A stretch of DNA of 39,084 nucleotides from a virus (taxonomy: Duplodnaviria; Caudoviricetes), in the IMG/VR virus record IMGVR_UViG_3300012346_000133, positions 1-39,084 of that record. One strand, given 5' to 3'. The translations under genes were made by a program, and so were the position numbers. The notes below the pieces were generated by a model. That model did not search any database. It saw nothing but the letters and a program-made list of their open reading frames with translations, and had not been told where the DNA came from. How positions within the stretch are numbered: position 1 is the stretch's first letter; each line of letters starts with the position of its first letter. This document shows positions 26,833 through 35,975 of this stretch, piece by piece.

Positions 26833-27207
26833 TTAAACGTAGCTAGCTCTTCGACTTTCTTGATTAAAGAATATGAGCAGTCGCTCTGCTTCTGTAGACG
26901 GCAAAATCATAATTTCAACCTGCAACAAAATTCCGTTTTCCTGTGGAAAAACTTCTACATTACTGATCTGTAGTCTTGGGTCACCGCCGGCTACACGTTG
27001 TATTTCTGTTTCTATTCCTGTTTGGGTATCGTTTGTTTGGCTGTCGAACACAAAATCCCATAGTATAGTGCCATACCCGGGACGGCCCGGTAGTTGTCCT
27101 TGTCGTATGTTAAAAGCATTCAATAGGTCACGTTTGATTAATGCTGAATCAGTCAACGTAAACTTCTTGTATTGCCCTTGTGTGTTAAACCCAATAAAAG
27201 TTGCCAT
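26833..27207 (-). CDS. gp25: Baseplate wedge protein, gp25-like
   Basis: 124 aa with IKRDLLN.FNIRQGQ...P.YGT.LWDFVFD and DPRL.I..V (GPW/gp25 motifs). Lies between the gp5-like and gp6-like genes. Confidence 0.9.
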   Translation of the reverse strand: MATFIGFNTQGQYKKFTLTDSALIKRDLLNAFNIRQGQLPGRPGYGTILWDFVFDSQTNDTQTGIETEIQRVAGGDPRLQISNVEVFPQENGILLQVEIMILPSTEAERLLIFFNQESRRASYV

Positions 27208-27214
27208 AGTATGT

Positions 27215-27220
27215 TATTTA
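27215..27220 (-). promoter_or_regulatory. Putative late promoter box TAAATA overlapping the gp5 stop codon
   Basis: GGG-TAA-ATA, 7 nt before the gp25 ATG. No Shine-Dalgarno. Confidence 0.55.
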
Positions 27221-29635
27221 CCCATTGTTATTGCCAGAAGCGAAGCGCAATGTGCCATCTTCTGTGCCTGTTGTTGGCACAACATTAGCAAGAATTCTTG
27301 TGGCAGGAGTAACCGACTGTGCGCCTTCGGGAGTTATCACTACTGGCACATCTGTGTACTGAGGTAGATCAATTTTTGGATTGTCAATAAAGTTACCGAC
27401 TTCTTCATCAATGATTTCTCTTTCTACTGTTACAACCACTGGCTCTTGTGCTTCTTGTTCTAGTAGCAGCTCTTGGTACTGATCAGCAAAATCAATTGCA
27501 TATTGTCCTCTTCTGCCAGACTCTATGATTGCTACTCTTACTTCTACAGGTAATACTGTTTCATCTTGCACAAATTGCGCCACTTGTGTTACCCCAATTT
27601 CAGTCGCAGGTTCTAAGAATGTTGCTTGTACTCGTGGGTCTTCATCGCCGTTTAATATTCCTGCATCTATTAAACCTGCAAATGCACCTGCCATTACAAC
27701 TATCTGTGCTGCATTTTGTAGTACAGGAGAATCAAGATAGCCTAACAAACTGTCTATTCCAAATTGTCCAGTCCATGCAGTTTCTGAGCTCAATATTGAT
27801 GCTACTGAGTCTGTGCTGGATATTAAACTCAGTACTGCTGGTTTTAGGTACCCAGCAGTAACCAAGGCTTCTGCTGTTTGTCCGTATATGCCCACTCCTC
27901 TTATGCCCAGGTCAGGGCCGGTGTATACTGGGTCATTTTCTTCGTTAAGTTCCCACCCAGGAAGTAAATTGCCGTCCGCAGCATATGCTGAAATCTTTTT
28001 AGCTGTTGCGGTAGCAGCAGTAAGTGCAGTAACTTGCCCTTGGGTTAGATTACCAATCACTGTGTCGGCACCTGTTTCTTTAAGTAAGTTAGCCACAGTA
28101 AGTGGTGTCTTAACCGGAGCAGTACTAATTTTCTCGTATGCTTTTGCAGTAGGACTACCTGGATCTAATGTTTTTTCGACCACTGGGTTTAAATTTGTAA
28201 TCGAGTTTGCACCTTGACCGTGATACTGATACGGCTCATGAGTAGGAGCTCTTGTTACAGTTGTTTCTAGTATGCCCGGTTTTATGGTCCAGCCGGTGCC
28301 TTGTTCAAACACAGTATCTGCTAGTTTATATGTTGGAATTGCCGGGGCTTCGCTAACTGGTATAGTTGAGGCTCCGTTGAGGTTTATCTTATCGCCTTTA
28401 AGGTTAAGTGTAGTGCCACCTTTCCAGCTACTCTTAGTTCCTTGTAATGCTAATGATCCTTCGCTGCGAATACCAACTGATTTTTTGCTGTTAATGATTA
28501 CTGCTTTGTCGCCTTTGACAATAAGCGCACCCGCAGACTCAAAAAGTGTACTTGATGTACTTTTTATTCGGATGCCGCCACCGGAGAACATGTTAATACC
28601 TTTATCGGCATGAAAGTTAAGTTGTCCTGCTGATCGTAAGTTAATACTGTTAGTTGAATAAACGTCAACTGTGCCTGCTTTTCCTAATTCTATCCAGGTC
28701 TGTCCATTAGCATGTGTAATGAAAAAAGCGTCACCATCGTCACTCATTGTGATCTGATGACCTTTTGCTGTGCGTATTCTTACTAGGTTATCTTTACCTT
28801 CGAGGTCGCCATCGTCCATTACAAATGTGTGACCGCCTTGGCGACCAATAACTGCAATGTCGGACAACTTGACTTGATCTTTCTCAAGTTTGTCTTTGAT
28901 GTTTTTTTCCGTCAACCCGCCTTGGTATATTGCTTTACCAGGAGTAGAGATTCCGTAACAGTTACTAGGACTTTCTCGTTGACTAGAACTTCGAATTGGT
29001 CCACGGATCGAATCTTTGTTGAGTCCTTGCTGGTATAAAATTGCAGCTACTACACTTTGCACTGGCTTTTTTTCTGCAAAGAATCTAGGATTGTCGGACA
29101 CCTTGGCATTAGCATCGTTAATTTCAGTTACTGGTGCCAATGGCACATCTTTTAACAGTTGGCTTTGTGTTTCGCTTCCGGCTTGATAATTAGAGCTAGA
29201 TCCAATCGCTGGAATCATGTGGTTCATACCATCTTCTGGAATACACCCAACATAGTATCCGCCTACACTGGGATCGCCACCAACAAAGAAACACAGCACA
29301 CGAGTTCCAAGGTCCGGCGGTGTGAACCACATACCGTAGCTGTTTCTGTTTCCTGGAAAGGTTCCATATCCGGAAGCGCCGCTTTGCTTGGTTGCTCCAT
29401 AGAACGGAGGGCAATATCTTACGGTACGCCATACAGTAGGATCAGTTAAATTAGGACTTCCATCAGGTTCAGTTGCGCCAAATTGTTCAATCCAAACTTG
29501 CAATCTGCCTTGTCTAGTGTTGTCCACGTTATTGACCACGATGCCGATGTACGGACCCATTTCTGCAATTGTGCCACCGCGATCGAACTTATATTCTTGT
29601 GGTCTTCCGGTACTTCTTGCTGTATTTTCTGCCAT
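27218..29635 (-). CDS. gp5: Baseplate central spike protein, gp5/VgrG-like
   Basis: N-terminal OB fold (GIVVNNVD..RQGRLQVWI...PPDLGTRVLCFFVGGD...Y.G), GHTFVMDD/GHQITMSD repeats, beta-helix repeats, then a C-terminal extension. Confidence 0.85.
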   Translation of the reverse strand: MAENTARSTGRPQEYKFDRGGTIAEMGPYIGIVVNNVDNTRQGRLQVWIEQFGATEPDGSPNLTDPTVWRTVRYCPPFYGATKQSGASGYGTFPGNRNSYGMWFTPPDLGTRVLCFFVGGDPSVGGYYVGCIPEDGMNHMIPAIGSSSNYQAGSETQSQLLKDVPLAPVTEINDANAKVSDNPRFFAEKKPVQSVVAAILYQQGLNKDSIRGPIRSSSQRESPSNCYGISTPGKAIYQGGLTEKNIKDKLEKDQVKLSDIAVIGRQGGHTFVMDDGDLEGKDNLVRIRTAKGHQITMSDDGDAFFITHANGQTWIELGKAGTVDVYSTNSINLRSAGQLNFHADKGINMFSGGGIRIKSTSSTLFESAGALIVKGDKAVIINSKKSVGIRSEGSLALQGTKSSWKGGTTLNLKGDKINLNGASTIPVSEAPAIPTYKLADTVFEQGTGWTIKPGILETTVTRAPTHEPYQYHGQGANSITNLNPVVEKTLDPGSPTAKAYEKISTAPVKTPLTVANLLKETGADTVIGNLTQGQVTALTAATATAKKISAYAADGNLLPGWELNEENDPVYTGPDLGIRGVGIYGQTAEALVTAGYLKPAVLSLISSTDSVASILSSETAWTGQFGIDSLLGYLDSPVLQNAAQIVVMAGAFAGLIDAGILNGDEDPRVQATFLEPATEIGVTQVAQFVQDETVLPVEVRVAIIESGRRGQYAIDFADQYQELLLEQEAQEPVVVTVEREIIDEEVGNFIDNPKIDLPQYTDVPVVITPEGAQSVTPATRILANVVPTTGTEDGTLRFASGNNNG

Positions 29636-29648
29636 TGTAGTCTACCTG

Positions 29649-32639
29649 TTATTGATCTTTCACGATCAGCTGTACGCCTGTTCTAATACCCGGTAATGCT
29701 GATCCACTGTAGTTATTTGTTCCTGCAGCCGAGGCAGATTTTGCTGCTGCCAATGCAGCCGCATCATTGGCGCCGCCACGTCTAGCTTCATTGTAAGCTG
29801 GCGTAGTTCTTAATGTTTCATTAGATAAATTTTCTCCGTTAGTAACTGGACTCAGTATCTGTTGTGTTCCTTTGGCTAACGGCGTTGCTGTTACAGGAAT
29901 AGTTAACTTTGGCGGGACATAAGGCTTTGCTGCTCCGTTGTTTTGCGCCGCAAGTGCAGTAGTACCGGTTTGATTTGGCGAAGGTCTACCTTCACCTTTT
30001 CCTGGTGGGTAATATTCCATTAACGACCCTCTGAGAGTTTGCGTAAACTTTCCTTTAGCAAATGAACTTATACATTCTTTTGCAATGTATATCCTGCTTG
30101 ATTCCGTTGTTCCCGGAGTTCTTACCTCTTGGTTTTTTTGCGCCGTAGAGCTGCCTGGTCTGCGTGGTTCCCGAACAATTTCCATTAGTCCAGTATTGAG
30201 ATCATAATCTTTACTGGTATTGTATGCTATTTCAAACAAAATCTGCTGGCTATCAAAGTTAATAGTACCGTCGTTAAGGAATGCACTATAGTAATCGTTT
30301 GCTCCTTTGCGCAAGCCAACAAACGCTTCGCCTTGTTGCAACCACGCTGGATCTCCTACTATACTCAGATTACATTCTTTAAGATCACTAGGGCTATACA
30401 ATTGATCTGCTGCATTAGCTGCTGGTTCAAGAGTTTTAGCTTTGGCTCCTTGGGTAGATTGTCCACTGGCTGTTTGATATTGGTACTTTAACAACTCATT
30501 TGCATTACTGCTGCCGCCACCGAAAGTATCCCCTGTTAGAATTGCATAATACAAGTTATTCAATGTTTCTTCGTAACTGAGTATCTGTGTGTTCTCCCCG
30601 GTGAACCAATAGTTATATTTTTTATGTGTACCAGCAAACGTCGGGGCTTTGAAATAAGGACTATTAAGTTGACTAATTTTGTAAGGTGATATTGTGTAGG
30701 TTATTTTGTAAGCGTAATCGTTGCGCTTTTGGTCAAACTTGTCCAGCATAGCTTCTGCACGGAATCCAATTTTATACCATGCTGTATTTTTTACATTGGC
30801 TCCTGTATTTTTATTATTTCCAGTTTTCTCGTCCACAACTTGTAGCTGTTGATCTCTAATGTAACTGCTGTTTCTCATTAAATTATCAATAAATTGAATC
30901 ACTTGCGTACCAGCCGTTGCTCCTTCAATTCGGCTTTTGGGATCCATGCTTTGCTTAGTACCTAACTTTTGATCTGCTGCTGTAGAAGGCGTAGCCATTG
31001 ATGTGGCACCTTTGTTTAGTCCAGGATTAATAATAGTTGCCGAGGCCATACTATCCAGTGCAAACTCGATATTGTATATGTCGGCATATTGATATATTCC
31101 TTTTTTTATTAGATCTTGCTGATACTCGTTTAGTGCAGCCATTAACCCTTGTCGTATAGTTTTTTTAGTAGTATTTGCAGAGTCGGCCTTGGGAGGCGGT
31201 GTTGTTGTTTGATTGGTTGTTGGGCCGCCTCTGCCGCCTCCAGCGTTGGCATTTGTTAAATTTACACCTGTCCGAGCTTGAGTTGCGGAAGTTTGATTTG
31301 CGGCATCTTGGCCAGCACCGTATACTGCAGGACCAGCTAATATGTCCTTGACTGTTCCGCCACTAAGTTCAACGTTAAAGGGAATTGTTGCGTGAGAGGC
31401 GCTGGCGTTAATATAATATACTGTTGGCAGGAATTCTAAATCATATTCTACAAGTTTAGAAGCTACTTTAAAATTTAATTTAGACAATGATAAAGGATAC
31501 CACTTTTCTGCCACAGCTCCAACAGTTGACATTGTTTGCCCTGGTACCGCCGAGGATCTGACTATGTTGCCTTGATCATCGTATCCATAAAATCTAATTA
31601 CCAGAAGATATATTTGTGAGGCAAAGTTTGTTTTTTTGCCCTGGACTGTGCCTCCGAAGAATTGTTGCACAGCCACATCAATATTTTCAATAAACGATAT
31701 ACCATTAGGCTCAACAACTGTCATTTTAACTTCTGACAGATTATGAGCTAGACTTGTTGCTTTACCCGGAAATAAACTTTTGAGTTCAATTCTGTCAATA
31801 TAATAATCTAAATCAAAATTTGCTGCACGGACTCCGTCGGCAATGCTAGCGCCGCCACTTTGCACTAATAATTTTGCGGTACTTAGACTTTTCTCACCAG
31901 TGTCTATCATTCTCTTATAATCATTTTTGGTCATTAAGTATAACGACGCTTGATAGGTGTAACTACTGTACTGATCTAGAATATTATCTTGTGGTATTAA
32001 TCTTTCTGTAAAGTTAATCGAGTTGAGTTCAGTTACAACTGCACTTGTTCCTGCACCAGTTGGACCTCCTTTGTCTTCGCTGCTGGCTCCGACCCCAGCG
32101 GATCCTCCCGGCTGTGGCTTGTTGCCAACTGTTCCAAAAAAGTTTCCGTTGCTAAACGCATTTTCAGTTGCTGAACTGTATCCATCTACTGGATATACTA
32201 ATCCAGGACTATTACCATTACCGTTAACATTAATGCCGCCAATCGGTGTGCTTTGTGTTTCAACTAGTGTTCTTACCGGTGCATCTGTTCCGGTGTTGAC
32301 CGAGCTGCCCAGTGTCGTTGACGGCAATGCATTTGTGCCACTAGTGGTATCAGGTCTAACGCTAATACGACCGTTTTCCAATACCACCAGCTGAGTATCT
32401 GTGGGAGTTGTTGGTCTGGAGTTCTCAACCCGAGCCTGCTGGTCATCTTGTACAACCTGTCCTGAGCTTGCAGTTTCATCAAATCCGTTAATTTGGTCAA
32501 TTGTTGCTCTTATCTGGGCACTTACATCTCGTATTTGATCAAACAGATTTTTTTCGCCAAAGTTGTATCTTGCAGTCAACTCTTCACGTTCAGCAACTAG
32601 TCTTTTGTATTGCGCAGTTAATTCGGCTCGACTTGCCAT
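29649..32639 (-). CDS. Putative baseplate hub protein (gp27-like position)
   Basis: 996 aa between the gp53-like and gp5-like genes. Motifs N.LDQYSSYTY, VVEPNG, LSIVGDPAWL and Y......SF.KGKFTQTL.G resemble hub proteins. Low-complexity N- and C-terminal extensions. Confidence 0.6.
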   Translation of the reverse strand: MASRAELTAQYKRLVAEREELTARYNFGEKNLFDQIRDVSAQIRATIDQINGFDETASSGQVVQDDQQARVENSRPTTPTDTQLVVLENGRISVRPDTTSGTNALPSTTLGSSVNTGTDAPVRTLVETQSTPIGGINVNGNGNSPGLVYPVDGYSSATENAFSNGNFFGTVGNKPQPGGSAGVGASSEDKGGPTGAGTSAVVTELNSINFTERLIPQDNILDQYSSYTYQASLYLMTKNDYKRMIDTGEKSLSTAKLLVQSGGASIADGVRAANFDLDYYIDRIELKSLFPGKATSLAHNLSEVKMTVVEPNGISFIENIDVAVQQFFGGTVQGKKTNFASQIYLLVIRFYGYDDQGNIVRSSAVPGQTMSTVGAVAEKWYPLSLSKLNFKVASKLVEYDLEFLPTVYYINASASHATIPFNVELSGGTVKDILAGPAVYGAGQDAANQTSATQARTGVNLTNANAGGGRGGPTTNQTTTPPPKADSANTTKKTIRQGLMAALNEYQQDLIKKGIYQYADIYNIEFALDSMASATIINPGLNKGATSMATPSTAADQKLGTKQSMDPKSRIEGATAGTQVIQFIDNLMRNSSYIRDQQLQVVDEKTGNNKNTGANVKNTAWYKIGFRAEAMLDKFDQKRNDYAYKITYTISPYKISQLNSPYFKAPTFAGTHKKYNYWFTGENTQILSYEETLNNLYYAILTGDTFGGGSSNANELLKYQYQTASGQSTQGAKAKTLEPAANAADQLYSPSDLKECNLSIVGDPAWLQQGEAFVGLRKGANDYYSAFLNDGTINFDSQQILFEIAYNTSKDYDLNTGLMEIVREPRRPGSSTAQKNQEVRTPGTTESSRIYIAKECISSFAKGKFTQTLRGSLMEYYPPGKGEGRPSPNQTGTTALAAQNNGAAKPYVPPKLTIPVTATPLAKGTQQILSPVTNGENLSNETLRTTPAYNEARRGGANDAAALAAAKSASAAGTNNYSGSALPGIRTGVQLIVKDQ

Positions 32640-32640
32640 A

Positions 32641-32940
32641 TTAGAATCCCAATGTTTGTTGTAGCGTGCTTATCTTGGGTAGATATATGGTAGTCCCTGT
32701 TTTGAAATCCAGAGGCGGGGCTTGTAATGTATTTGGATTTCGCTGATAGAATACCCACCAAAGTGTCGGTGTTTGATACAAATCAAATGATAGCATGTCT
32801 GGTCTGTACTGATAAGTTTCTGTAATCACAAACGGCAGATCATCTGAATACTTAGGTATAGGTCTATCGACCATTACATCAAGATAAAACTGAGTGTAAG
32901 TGGTATTAAAATATGGGCTTGTTGATTCGTAGCTAGTCAT
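32641..32940 (-). CDS. gp53: Baseplate wedge protein, gp53/LysM-like
   Basis: 99 aa with YRPDMLSFDLYQTPTLWWVF..RN...G..IYLP, the gp53/LysM signature. Confidence 0.8.
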   Translation of the reverse strand: MTSYESTSPYFNTTYTQFYLDVMVDRPIPKYSDDLPFVITETYQYRPDMLSFDLYQTPTLWWVFYQRNPNTLQAPPLDFKTGTTIYLPKISTLQQTLGF

Positions 32941-35156
32941 TACCAGTATCCTGCTCTTAGTAAGTTGCCATTTGAGAATCCTTGTAAACTAAACTGTTTA
33001 CTAACTTGTGATCTACTTTGAATTGGCAACAGTGCAATTGAAATTTCCATCTTGGTTGGAACATAAGAAACACTATTAATATCCAGACCGTTAATTTGCG
33101 GTGGTCTATCATCTAGCGCACCTACTGTGAGTCCATTGTTTAATAGTCGATTGATCGAGTAGCTTAATGGATTAGTGGGGTTGGGTTGTTTAGTGCGGTT
33201 GGGCAACAAGTTTGTACCATTTGATAATGTTGTACCGGCTCTAATATAATCGACATCAGTAGGAAGCGAGTAGTTAAACTGACTAACCACGCACGGATGT
33301 TCATTAAATTGACTCACTCCATACCCCGACAAGTATACCAATGGTGGCGGGGACCCACGCAAGGCATCTTGACCATAAAACATCTTTGTAACTGATCGGA
33401 AGAAGTGAATTACTGCCAACAAGTAATCAGCCTCATTGGTATCTTGCGCAGTGAACTGCGCCCGGATGTTAACTACATCAACATGACTGTTTTTATAAAA
33501 ATATCCGCGAAAGTTACTGTGTGTTAGATCGTAAGTGTCGTAATTGGCTTTGTATGCTGTATCAATTGCAGGAGTATACGGAAAGATCACACCATCAGTT
33601 CCGTTAGATGATGCCAATGGTGCTAACAATCCTGGACTGTTAGAATTATAAAGATAATTGCTGTTTGGCGCTAGTCGTAGTCTCACACGCCAGTCAGTAC
33701 TTTGTGCTTTGTCTTGTCTTTGATTTCTAAGTTCTTGTTGTTTTCTAGCGTTTGCAACTAAGGTTTGTATATCAGTGCCTGCATTCTGCAATGCAGTTTG
33801 TTGCGCAGTTACTGCATTGACTCCGGGCGTAGGCACAGATGATGCAAGCACAGATCCTGGATTCGAGAGGATCTTAGAAATAGATAATCCATTACCACTA
33901 AACCCAGGTACTGACGACGTAGGTACGTTTCCGGGCGCCGTGACTGCACTAGAGTTAGTCGACGTAATAATTTGTTGATCTACTTCGAGATTTGAATTTA
34001 TTCCATCTAGTACCCCAACACCAGACAGAAGATTATCAGTATTAAGTGCAATGGCCTCTTGATTGGCTCGAATTTCTGCTTCCAGTATCGCTCGTTGCCT
34101 GTCGGATAAATCAGGATCTTGAAGATTTGCTTGCATCTCTTCAATGTTTTTATTTGCGTTTACAATCTCACGTTCGTAACTAGCTATAGCAATTTCGTAT
34201 TCTTGCTTGGATGCCAGTAAGTCATCGCGGCTTGCTTCTGCTTCGGGGTAAGTGTCAACCGTCGGTGCTTGCGGGTCTACTAAACTGTTAACCAACGATG
34301 CGTTTTTAAGTAATGCTGTTGATTCCTGATCAGTTAATATACCAAGCCCGTATTGGTCAACCGCACGAGCGGTGTTGATTGGTAGTCCAGTTGCTTTATC
34401 AATTGCATTTGCTGCTGTAGGTATAGTAGTAAACAAACTTGTTGCCTTGGCAGTCAACGAAGATACTGTAGAAGGATTAATGCCAAGTGCCGATGCGCCC
34501 GAAGATACTAAACTATTTGTGGCTAACTTACCTAAATCAGTAGTCACTGTAGAAGGATTGATGCCAAGTGCTGCTGCACCTGACGATACTAACCCATTAG
34601 TAGCTAACTTACTTAAACTAGTAGATGCACCACTAGCAATACCAGCTGCTGACCCGGCTATACCGATCACCTGATTAAGTGGTTGAATGATTTGATTAAT
34701 TGGATTCTGGATGCCCAGGGCCGACGACACAGCATTAACTGCTGGTGCAACCTTTTGGTATGCCGCTACACCACTCTGAACAGTTTTAACAACAGACCCA
34801 ATGTCATTGCCAAAACTGCTAACAGTGCTAGCAATATCCTTGATGCTGCTCAATGATGGAAGACTATCAGTGAAAGAACTTATATTAAAATCTGACACAC
34901 TAGAGATCGAATCCAATATAGATCCAGGATTAAACGTATCAAACCACGAAGCGTCACCGGCAAAACTACCAATTTCGGACCAGCCACCTAGTGAGGCCAC
35001 ATCGCCAAACGGAACTTCGAAATCTGTAAGGAAGCTAGAGCTAGCATCTAAGAACTCAGAGCCAAAGTCATCAACAAGTGATCCCAAATCTGCAAAGTCT
35101 GCAAAGTCTGCAAGATCAATTGCATCAAATGCAGCTTCAAAAAAACTAAATGGCAT
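32940..35156 (-). CDS. Baseplate tail-tube initiator/cap-like protein (gp48/gp54-like) with a long N-terminal extension
   Basis: The C-terminal ~250 aa carry VIFPYTP.I...Y.ANY, PPPLVYLSGYG and PCVV.QF.Y.LP.DVDY, typical of tube-fold baseplate proteins upstream of gp53. The N-terminal ~480 aa are low-complexity. Confidence 0.65.
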   Translation of the reverse strand: MPFSFFEAAFDAIDLADFADFADLGSLVDDFGSEFLDASSSFLTDFEVPFGDVASLGGWSEIGSFAGDASWFDTFNPGSILDSISSVSDFNISSFTDSLPSLSSIKDIASTVSSFGNDIGSVVKTVQSGVAAYQKVAPAVNAVSSALGIQNPINQIIQPLNQVIGIAGSAAGIASGASTSLSKLATNGLVSSGAAALGINPSTVTTDLGKLATNSLVSSGASALGINPSTVSSLTAKATSLFTTIPTAANAIDKATGLPINTARAVDQYGLGILTDQESTALLKNASLVNSLVDPQAPTVDTYPEAEASRDDLLASKQEYEIAIASYEREIVNANKNIEEMQANLQDPDLSDRQRAILEAEIRANQEAIALNTDNLLSGVGVLDGINSNLEVDQQIITSTNSSAVTAPGNVPTSSVPGFSGNGLSISKILSNPGSVLASSVPTPGVNAVTAQQTALQNAGTDIQTLVANARKQQELRNQRQDKAQSTDWRVRLRLAPNSNYLYNSNSPGLLAPLASSNGTDGVIFPYTPAIDTAYKANYDTYDLTHSNFRGYFYKNSHVDVVNIRAQFTAQDTNEADYLLAVIHFFRSVTKMFYGQDALRGSPPPLVYLSGYGVSQFNEHPCVVSQFNYSLPTDVDYIRAGTTLSNGTNLLPNRTKQPNPTNPLSYSINRLLNNGLTVGALDDRPPQINGLDINSVSYVPTKMEISIALLPIQSRSQVSKQFSLQGFSNGNLLRAGYW
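34465..34624. repeat. Imperfect 81-bp tandem duplication within the CDS
   Basis: actgtagaaggattaatgccaagtgc... at 34465 and actgtagaaggattgatgccaagtgc... at 34546. Encodes KLATN(G/S)LVSSGA(A/S)ALGINPSTV twice with a 27-aa period. Confidence 0.9.
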
Positions 35157-35159
35157 ATA

Positions 35160-35879
35160 TTATCCCTTTACACTCACTGTTTGTTCCAGTGATTCAATGT
35201 CTGTAGCATCAGTGGCATGCACACAAAACCACACGCTATCTTCAACAGCGGTTATCTTATGTGCGATGTTCTTTTTTATTTCAATCATTGCCGGGGCTAC
35301 ATATTCAGTGATTACTGGGCCGACTGCGACTCTAACTCGACCTTGTGCAAGTATACTTAGATGATCATAAACATGCTTGTGTGTTGGTACTTGCGTTCCT
35401 TTGGGAATCGACATTTTTCTAGCATACACACCTTCGGTAAAAAAGTGCTCGGTGTTTGATGCTTCTTCATCTAAGGGAATAACAACTTGGTTGTGTTGTC
35501 CGATGCCATAGCAAATGACGTCATCGAGTGTGATAATATCAACCGGTTGTCCTTTTGGAAGAATGAAATGTGCAGGTGCGGTAGCCTTGAACCCAGAGCT
35601 AGTATCCCCGGCAATTGTTACAGCAACAGTACCTTGACTTATCACAACAACTCGTTCTCTAGTTACAGACTTTAGTGGTAATTTTTTACCCTTAGGAATA
35701 AGAAACCCATGCACATCCATTTCCTCTCCTTCAGACATTGTCTTGACCATTTTCTGTTCATTAGTCTCAAGTACTTGTGCAGAAAACCCAGCGTTCTGGA
35801 CGTAGCCGGGATGGACAGCCTCTGTCGTAGTGGCGTTAATATCAACAGTATCAGTGGTAGTGTGGGTTTCGTTATGCAT
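35160..35879 (-). CDS. Bicupin (two cupin domains) protein
   Basis: C-terminal cupin IPKGTQVPTHKHVYDHLSILAQG...AHKITAVEDSVWFCVH. N-terminal copy IPKGKKLPLKSVTRERVVVISQG...APAHF lacks the His ligands. Start taken at ATG 35879. Confidence 0.8.
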   Translation of the reverse strand: MHNETHTTTDTVDINATTTEAVHPGYVQNAGFSAQVLETNEQKMVKTMSEGEEMDVHGFLIPKGKKLPLKSVTRERVVVISQGTVAVTIAGDTSSGFKATAPAHFILPKGQPVDIITLDDVICYGIGQHNQVVIPLDEEASNTEHFFTEGVYARKMSIPKGTQVPTHKHVYDHLSILAQGRVRVAVGPVITEYVAPAMIEIKKNIAHKITAVEDSVWFCVHATDATDIESLEQTVSVKG

Positions 35880-35884
35880 ATCTT

Positions 35885-35890
35885 TATTTA
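35885..35890 (-). promoter_or_regulatory. Putative late promoter box TAAATA heading the structural operon
   Basis: GGTAAATA-AAGAT-ATG at the strand-switch region. Confidence 0.62.
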
Positions 35891-35923
35891 CCCAAATCAA
35901 TATCTACCCAGTTTATATAACTG

Positions 35924-35951
35924 TTGACAACTAAGCAGATTGTGTTAAAAT
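35924..35951 (+). promoter_or_regulatory. Sigma70-type promoter for gp55
   Basis: TTGACA (35924-35929), 16 nt, TAAAAT (35946-35951) preceded by an extended -10 TGn. AAGGAG ribosome binding site before GTG 35976. Confidence 0.8.
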
Positions 35952-35975
35952 AAGTATATTACAAGGAGACTCCCT

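Noticed and set aside
35089-35115. 9-nt tandem repeat (tctgcaaag) as a phase-variation or regulatory element
   Set aside because: The unit is a multiple of three with only about three copies, so slippage would not shift the frame. It is noted only as part of the low-complexity N-terminus.
26833-35156. Bacterial contractile injection system or T6SS locus
   Set aside because: The adjacent gp55, gp47 and gp46 genes, late promoter boxes and absence of host genes indicate a lytic T4-like phage.
508-35927. Numerous plus-strand ORFs of 60-190 aa in the track
   Set aside because: All lie antisense to long, motif-bearing minus-strand genes and show no recognisable motifs. They are shadow ORFs.
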